Below are positions 57,787 to 64,000 of a stretch of 64,000 nt of DNA, piece after piece. The stretch lies in NCBI GenBank assembly GCA_025594325.1, contig JANHCV010000005.1:124001-188000 (forward strand). Reading direction: 5' to 3'. Source of the DNA: Blastocladiella emersonii ATCC 22665 (taxonomy: Eukaryota; Fungi; Blastocladiomycota). Below the pieces are notes generated by a model. That model had not been told where the DNA came from. It worked only from the letters and a program-made list of their open reading frames with translations, and searched no databases. The stretch's first letter is position 1; every line of letters begins with the position of its first letter. The translations under genes and the position numbers were made by a program.

Positions 57787-59304
57787 ATGTCCGACCGCGC
57801 CTCTGCCGCCCGCCGGCGGCACAACGGCGGGAGCGCCTCGCCGCCCCCACCCGTAGCGACCTCTACAGGCTCCGGCAGCACAGCTGTCGGTGCCGGCGGG
57901 CGGTCCGCGTCGCCGATCCCGCCCGTGAACGCGCCGCGCAGCCCGCTGCCCATCATCGGCAAGCTCAAGTCCATGGACCGCGGGCGCGACTCGACCACCG
58001 CCGGCGTCACGTCCGCGACGTCCGACTCCGAGTCCAACTGGGTCCAGTCCGACACGGGCGACGTGCGGAGCGGCGGCGAGGACGCGGACGGCGAGGCCGA
58101 CGCGAAGCCCGTGCAGCTGCTGGCGTCGGCGCCGCCGGCGGCCAAGTGGCGCAACTGGTGGATCCGGACCGTGTGGACGCTGATCATGGTGGCGGCGTTC
58201 ATCGTGATCCTGCTCGCGGGCCACGCGTGGGTCGTGCTGCTGGTCGTGCTGCTGCAGCTCGGCGTGTTCCGCGAGGTGATTGCCATCGCGCATGTCCCGT
58301 CCAAGGAGAAGCGGCTGCCGTGGTTCCGGCTCATCAACTGGTACTTTTTGGCGTCGACCAACTATTTCCTGTACGGCGAGTCGCTGCTGCAGCATTTCGC
58401 GCACGTCATCCCGCCGTTCCTGCTGCCGCTCGCCACGCACCACCGGTTCATCTCGTTCCTCATGTACTGCGTCGGGCTCGTCTTCTTCGTGCTCAACCTC
58501 AAGCGCGGCTTCTACAAGTTCCAGTTCTCGCAGTTTGCCTGGACCCACATGGCGCTGCTCCTCGTCGTCGTCCAGTCGCACGCCATCATCAACAACATCT
58601 ACGAGGGGCTCATTTGGTTCTTCCTCCCCTCGTCGCTCGTCATCGTCAACGACGTGTTCGCCTACATCTGCGGCTTCTTCTTTGGCCGCACCCCGCTCAT
58701 CAAGCTGTCCCCGAAGAAGACGTGGGAGGGGTTCGTCGGCGGCGCCCTGTGCACACTCGTCTTTGGGTTCCTCGTCTCGGCGCTGCTGATCCAGGTCCCC
58801 TACTTCATCTGCCCCGTCACCGACCTGTCCGTCAGCTACTGGTCCAACGCGACGTGCGCGCCCAACCCGGTCTTCCTGCCCAAGACGTACGTGCTGCCGG
58901 CCTCGCTCCCCGCGCCGCTCGCGGGGCTCGCCCTCCGCATCGCCCCACTGCAGCTGCACACGCTCGTCTTCTCGCTGTTCGCCTCGTCGATCGCGCCGTT
59001 CGGCGGCTTCTTCGCGTCGGGCGTCAAGCGCGCCTTCAAGATCAAGGACTTTGGGGATACGATCCCGGGCCACGGCGGGATCACGGACCGGTTCGACTGC
59101 CAGTTCATCATGGGCACCTTCTCGTTCATCTACGTCACCACCTTCATCGGGCGGCTCGGCGCCGCCGACGTCCTCCAGCGCGTCCTCGTGCTGTCGACCG
59201 ACGAGCAGCTCGCCGTGCTCCGCCAGCTCACCGAGATCCTGCGCGAGGCCGGCGCGGTCGGCGGGGATGCTGCGGAAGCGTGTCTCGCGGCCATCACCAC
59301 ATAG
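57787..59304 (+). CDS. CDS1: Phosphatidate cytidylyltransferase (CDP-diacylglycerol synthase)
   Basis: KWRNWWIRTVWTLIM, LIKLSPKKTWEGF and IAPFGGFFASGVKRAFKIKDFGDTIPGHGGITDRFDCQ. Confidence 0.97.
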   Translation: MSDRASAARRRHNGGSASPPPPVATSTGSGSTAVGAGGRSASPIPPVNAPRSPLPIIGKLKSMDRGRDSTTAGVTSATSDSESNWVQSDTGDVRSGGEDADGEADAKPVQLLASAPPAAKWRNWWIRTVWTLIMVAAFIVILLAGHAWVVLLVVLLQLGVFREVIAIAHVPSKEKRLPWFRLINWYFLASTNYFLYGESLLQHFAHVIPPFLLPLATHHRFISFLMYCVGLVFFVLNLKRGFYKFQFSQFAWTHMALLLVVVQSHAIINNIYEGLIWFFLPSSLVIVNDVFAYICGFFFGRTPLIKLSPKKTWEGFVGGALCTLVFGFLVSALLIQVPYFICPVTDLSVSYWSNATCAPNPVFLPKTYVLPASLPAPLAGLALRIAPLQLHTLVFSLFASSIAPFGGFFASGVKRAFKIKDFGDTIPGHGGITDRFDCQFIMGTFSFIYVTTFIGRLGAADVLQRVLVLSTDEQLAVLRQLTEILREAGAVGGDAAEACLAAITT

Positions 59305-59368
59305 CGACTCGGAGTTAATCAATCAATGTGGAAAGAAAATGGAATGAGAATCGACTTTTATCACACTA

Positions 59369-60791
59369 CTAAGGCGCGAACACAATCTCCTTGGCCGTCG
59401 CCGTGTCCATGCGCGCGGCAAACTCGACGACGCTGTCGAACGCGTCCGTGCCCGCGTACTCGGCGAGCCGGGTGACGTGTCTGTCCTCGAGGACCATGAT
59501 CGCGCGCTTCTCGTCCGCCCCGACCACGCGGTGCATGGCCGCGTCAGGTACCCCGTCGCGCGTCCTGGCCTCGCCAGTGAACGTGGCAAACCCGCGGTCA
59601 CTCTCGCGCAACCGGCGCTGCACGTCCGCGTCGTCGAGCGGGACCCAGTCGTATGCGACGGGGTCGAGGAGCGCCGAGGGCCGGAACTGGCCCTTGTACT
59701 CCATCTTGGTGCACCGCGGCACGTAGAAGCCCATGTAGAGGAACATCGGGTCGGCTTGCGCCCGCGCGCGGGCGGCGGCCTCGTCGCGCGCCAGGACGAG
59801 CTCGACGAGCGCGCTCAGCTTGCCGAGCGACAGCCAGTGGAACCGCGGGTCGTAGAACAGGTACACGGACGACACGCACCACGGCAGCAGGTCGATGACC
59901 GAGACCGCGATCAGGACGTCGTCGAGGTAGTAGTTGAGGTGGAAGGTGCCGAATTCGGGGAGCGGGGAGGTAGGGTGGCCGGCGATAACCGACAAAGACC
60001 GGCCAGCGGCGCGCGAAAAGTGCGGGTTCGCGTTCAGCGGCGACGTGACGAGGAACCGCGTGAACGACTTGACCGTGTTCTTGCCCGGCGCGTCGCCGTG
60101 CACGGCCTGCTGGTACGCGTCGTACAGGGCAAACTTGGCGGGAGTGCATGATGCGAGCTCGAGTTCCGTCTAATTTGAGGGTTAGCGCAATCCGGCGAGG
60201 AGGGGTTGAGGGAGAGCGTACCCGAAGCGTGTGCTTGCCGCCTTGCACGGACAAAAGGTCGTGGACGGCGGTGTGCACGTCAAAGGGCGCGTTCTTGGCG
60301 GCCGATCGCGGTGCGACCACGCGTCGTGGTGGCGCAGCCGAAGCAGCAGCAGAAGCGGGCTCATTGGCGTCGGGTGCGCTCACGTCCATGTGCACGGCCG
60401 ACAGGACCGCATGCGGGTGCTCGACGTGGCGCTCACCGGCGACCTCAGGCGACCCAGCCCCCGCATCCGAAGCTGCCGGCGGGTCCCAATCCCCCAAGAG
60501 GTATCGCCGGGTGCGGTTGAGCAGCAGGCGGTGCTGCTTCGACGCGCGGAACTCGGTCACGTCGAGGCGGATGGCGTACTGCGGGCAGCAGGTGCGGGCC
60601 ATGGCGGGCTTGTACAGGTACTGTCCCGAGCGGCGCCACCCGCGGTCGATGAGCCGCTGGTAGTGCACCGGGCGCAGCGTGTGCGCCCACGCGCCGTAGC
60701 TGAGCGACGTGTCGGCGTGCGAGTGGCAGTACCCGCACTCGTGCTCGGAGGGGCCGATGGGTGACAGGATCGACGGGTTGCGGATGCTCAT
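59369..60791 (-). CDS. ATE1: Arginyl-tRNA--protein transferase 1
   Basis: ECGYC, YQRLIDRGWRRSGQYLYKP...TCCPQYAIRL, GTFHLNY, IAVSVIDLLP, VSSVYLFYDP, LSLGKLSAL and YMGFYVPRCTKMEYKGQFRPS. Confidence 0.96.
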
Positions 60792-61082
60792 TCTTCGCGG
60801 TGGTGGTGATTCATGGGTTACAGGCGGGAAGAGGAGGAGCCGGATTCGGCGCCCGCGAAGCAACGACGCGTCGGACAGTGGGCGGCGATCGCGATGGGCG
60901 TGGCAGGGAGGCGCGGTGACCGCTCAGCCCGCCGGCCTGCTCCCCGCCGCGGCCATCAACTCTGCCCTGCCCTTGACCGCAGACCCCCAGCGACTGCCAC
61001 GGGCACCACGTAACTTGACGCAACGCACCGCGTCCGCCCCGATCACACCATGCATCACCCGCTGACCCTGGCCTCGCGCGCG

Positions 61083-61634
61083 ATGCGCCCCGCGGCGGCG
61101 CTCCTGCGCATGGCCGCGCCGACGCCCGCGGGCCGCGCAGCCGCCGCCAACGCCGGCGCGAGCAAGAAGAAGGGCTCGACGGCGATCGGCGGCGACTCGC
61201 GGTACCCGCTGCTCAAGGAGTACCTGATCGCGCCGCACGCGGCCCCCGCGGCGCCGTCTGAGGCCGATGCCGACGAGCACGCCGTCATCGAGCGCGCGTG
61301 GAAGCTCGCCGAGTCCCAGCGGCTCGCTGCACTCGAAAAGGACCGCGCCGCCAAGTACGCGCGCCTGCGCGAGGCCATGCTCGAGCTCGAGAAGGCCGAC
61401 CCCGTGCGGTTCGCTGCCGCGCTCGAGAAGGACGGCGAGGATATGTACTTCCCGCGCCTCCTCAAGGCACCCACCGAGACCCCCGCCAAGTCCGGCTGGG
61501 ACTACCGCGTCGAGTCGGCGTCGCCCGCGGCCGCGGCTGCGGCAGCCGGCGCTGTGCCGGGCAGCAGCAAGGCCGGCAAGGGCAAGGCGGGCAAGGGCGC
61601 CAAGGCCGCTGCCGCCGCCCCCAAGTCTGCATAA
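61083..61634 (+). CDS. MRPL28: Mitochondrial large-subunit ribosomal protein mL40 (Mrpl28)
   Basis: EHAVIERAWKL...LREAMLELEKAD...FPRLLKAPTETP...GWDY. Confidence 0.8.
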   Translation: MRPAAALLRMAAPTPAGRAAAANAGASKKKGSTAIGGDSRYPLLKEYLIAPHAAPAAPSEADADEHAVIERAWKLAESQRLAALEKDRAAKYARLREAMLELEKADPVRFAAALEKDGEDMYFPRLLKAPTETPAKSGWDYRVESASPAAAAAAAGAVPGSSKAGKGKAGKGAKAAAAAPKSA

Positions 61635-62076
61635 CCTACCCCTCTCTGTGTCTATTGCCTCCCCCTCCCCCTTTTGATATACTAGCTCCTGATTCACTCG
61701 CCCGCTTCGAGCTCGCATCGCTTGCAGGCACGGTCCAAGCTTGCTGCTTCGCCCACGTGATGCAAAAGACTTTGGCGCAGGCCGCGGCGCTCGCGCTCCG
61801 CCGCCGCCGCCGTCGACTCTACTCTATTCGCCACTCTCCGCTCGCCGCCCATCGCTCTGCATGCTATCGCGCCCGTAACGTGCGCCCACTGCCCGCAACC
61901 GACTCGCCGCGCACGATCGACGGCCTCCCCCGACAATACGACACTGAGAAGCGACCCGACCCGCGCCACCCTCATCATCATCGCTTAGAGAACGCCATCT
62001 TTCGCGAGGTATACACCGTGCTCGCGGCACCCTCGCCCTCCATCATCTCACTCCAACGCACCGCGCTAGCTAGACC

Positions 62077-64000
62077 ATGCCCACGCTCGCGCACCCGCTC
62101 GACGACGCGGTGCGCAAGGTGGCGGTGCCGAGCCCGCTGCTCAGCCTGCTCGCCGACTGCGTCGTGGCCGCGCGCCAGTGGAAGATCGCCTACGCCGCGC
62201 ACGAGCCCAACGTGCTCGCCGCAGAGTACGCCCTGACCCAGGCCGCCGTCGCCCTCGCCGCCCTCGTCGACCTGCACCACGCCGCCGCCCGCCGCGCCGC
62301 CCACCGCGACTCGGTCGGCTCCATCTACCAGGTCCCCGTCGGCCCGAGCCCCGTCACGTCTACGCTCGGCCCGCCCGCCCTGCTGTCCGCCGACCGCGCC
62401 GCGCAGGCCGCCGACCTGCTCGAGGCGTTCCGCGCCGCCGTCGCCAAGGTCTCGAGCAATGGCACCGCGTCCTCCTCGAGCAACGAGCCCGCGATCCTCG
62501 GCACCTCGGCCCGCATGGCCGCCAGCGTCGTCGACATGGCCGCGCACCTCGCCGATCTGCTGGTCGCGCTCGCCGACGGCGTGCAGCTCGACTTCTTCGC
62601 GCCGGTCCCGCCCGCCGTCGACCCGGCGCCCGCGGGCTCGCGCCAGCACCCGACCGTGTGGCCGCTGCTCGACACGATCGGCCCCGCCGCCATGACCGCC
62701 AACGACTGGCCGTCGCTGCTCGCCGCCCTCAAGGCCGCGACCGCCCGCATCAAGGTCGCCAACCCGGCGCTGCTCAACTACCTGACCTTCTTCGCCGCCA
62801 ACCCGCTGCCGCCGTCACGCGCCATCCCCGTCGACTTCCAGGGGCTCCCCGACTTCTTGCAGCTCCCGCACCAGCACGCCGCCGTCATCGACTTTTGGTG
62901 GAACCACAACCGGTTCCCGCCGCTGCAGCCGTTCCCCGCCGTCGCCGCCGCGCTCGCCGAGTACCTCCGCCCCGACCCGCTCGCGCGCGAGCTGTGGAAC
63001 AAGTTCCGCCAGTGCGCGCTCGACGGCAGCAGCGGTGCCGCGAACGGGGGGACCGGCGGGGGGCTCGTGTGGCTCGCCGACGACCTCGGGTCGCCGCGCA
63101 TGGACCCGGGCCAGCAGCTGACGCCGGCCGACCTCGCGCAGATCCTGCCGGCGGACGCGAGCTACGACACGTCGATCGGCGATTGGCTCGTGTGGCGGCT
63201 GCTCGGGTGGCTGTACCTGGCGCTCGAGACCGAGAACCAGCTGTACGCGATGCGCAAGCAGCTACCGCTCACCGAGCACGCGCGGCCCGTCGCCCTCATC
63301 CAGGCCGCCATGAACCAGCTGCGCGCGCGGTACGGGTACACGCGCGACGTGCACGCGCGGCTCGCCATGCTCGCCCTCAAGCTGCTGCACCGGCCCTACC
63401 CGCTCTTCGCGCCGCGGTTCCACCAGGTCACCCACTTCCTCAACTCGCTGCACGCCCAGGTCGCCGACCTCCTCGCCCGCCCGTACCTCGACGCCGACGC
63501 GTCGGCCTGGCGCCGCGTCTACGACTCGGTCACCAAGGCCGTCCGCGGGTGGGGCGCCGCCCACGCCATCGCGGTCCCGCCCGAGGCCGCGCGCGCCGCG
63601 ACCGAGGGGTCCGCGCACCTCCCGACGGACCTCGGCCCGATGCTCGCGCGCGTCGCCGACCACGCGCGCGGGCTCGCCGGCCGCTTCTTCATCAACCCGG
63701 TCTCGCTCACCAAGGACCCGGCGACCGCGCCCGACGCGCTAAGGTGGATGGGGATCCCCGTGTCCACGACGCCCATCGCGCCCGCGACCTCGCTCGTTCT
63801 CGCGCCCGCGCTGCTCGACGCGACCGCCCGCGCCATGGCCCTCGCCGCGCACGCGTGGGTCCACGTCATCTACGGCGTCACCATCGTGCACGGCCACTGG
63901 GCGGTTGTGACGGAAGCCGCGGCGCCCGTCGCAGACGACCACGACCGGTCGCAGCTCGACGTGCTGGCCGAATGGACCGACGCCGACCGGCTCGCGCTCG
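62077..64000 (+). CDS. Large hypothetical protein (>640 aa, runs off the window end; missing from the ORF track)
   Basis: I read an open frame from ATG 62077 (MPTLAHPLDDAVRKVAVPSPLLSLLADC...) to the end of the window without meeting a stop, with the same strong GC3 bias as neighbouring genes; no recognisable motif. Confidence 0.75.
   Translation, partial: MPTLAHPLDDAVRKVAVPSPLLSLLADCVVAARQWKIAYAAHEPNVLAAEYALTQAAVALAALVDLHHAAARRAAHRDSVGSIYQVPVGPSPVTSTLGPPALLSADRAAQAADLLEAFRAAVAKVSSNGTASSSSNEPAILGTSARMAASVVDMAAHLADLLVALADGVQLDFFAPVPPAVDPAPAGSRQHPTVWPLLDTIGPAAMTANDWPSLLAALKAATARIKVANPALLNYLTFFAANPLPPSRAIPVDFQGLPDFLQLPHQHAAVIDFWWNHNRFPPLQPFPAVAAALAEYLRPDPLARELWNKFRQCALDGSSGAANGGTGGGLVWLADDLGSPRMDPGQQLTPADLAQILPADASYDTSIGDWLVWRLLGWLYLALETENQLYAMRKQLPLTEHARPVALIQAAMNQLRARYGYTRDVHARLAMLALKLLHRPYPLFAPRFHQVTHFLNSLHAQVADLLARPYLDADASAWRRVYDSVTKAVRGWGAAHAIAVPPEAARAATEGSAHLPTDLGPMLARVADHARGLAGRFFINPVSLTKDPATAPDALRWMGIPVSTTPIAPATSLVLAPALLDATARAMALAAHAWVHVIYGVTIVHGHWAVVTEAAAPVADDHDRSQLDVLAEWTDADRLAL

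Noticed and set aside
1-64000. tRNA or rRNA genes
   Set aside because: No cloverleaf with a T-loop GTTCRA in context and no rRNA-like conserved segments were found by inspection.

Overview
Eukaryotic, very GC-rich, gene-dense genomic DNA with many short GT-AG introns (donors mostly GTACG/GTGCG, CTRAC-type branch points). Fungal-type genes (SSB Hsp70, Mrp51/bS1m, Atp17) sit alongside genes lost from most yeasts (MICU1, Rab4, an SSUH2-like protein). This points, by inference, to an early-diverging zoosporic fungus, plausibly Blastocladiomycota/Allomyces-like. About 35 protein-coding genes are supported, mostly housekeeping: ERCC1, LIG4, CDT1, DOHH, PRS, SSB, importin-7/8, ING, Aly/REF, Rab4, MAP2K, POP5, SmD1, CDS1, ATE1 and mitochondrial ribosome, ThrRS and ATP synthase subunits. 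The most unusual elements are: (i) a ~1,750-aa secreted Cys/Thr-rich protein with ~17-19 Trp-less thrombospondin/spondin-like repeats fused to a choice-of-anchor-A-like domain; (ii) an acyl-CoA-synthetase-like protein lacking its ATP-binding loop; (iii) a TAF8/TAF3-like histone-fold protein with a PHD finger whose stop lies only ~32 bp from the next gene; (iv) a PRS gene with a probable alternative upstream exon; (v) a hairpin-rich intergenic candidate ncRNA; and (vi) several orphan or unannotated spliced genes. I found no tRNA, rRNA, CRISPR array or intact transposon. All family assignments come from motif recognition by eye, not database searches, and the boundaries of multi-exon genes are my own splice reconstructions.
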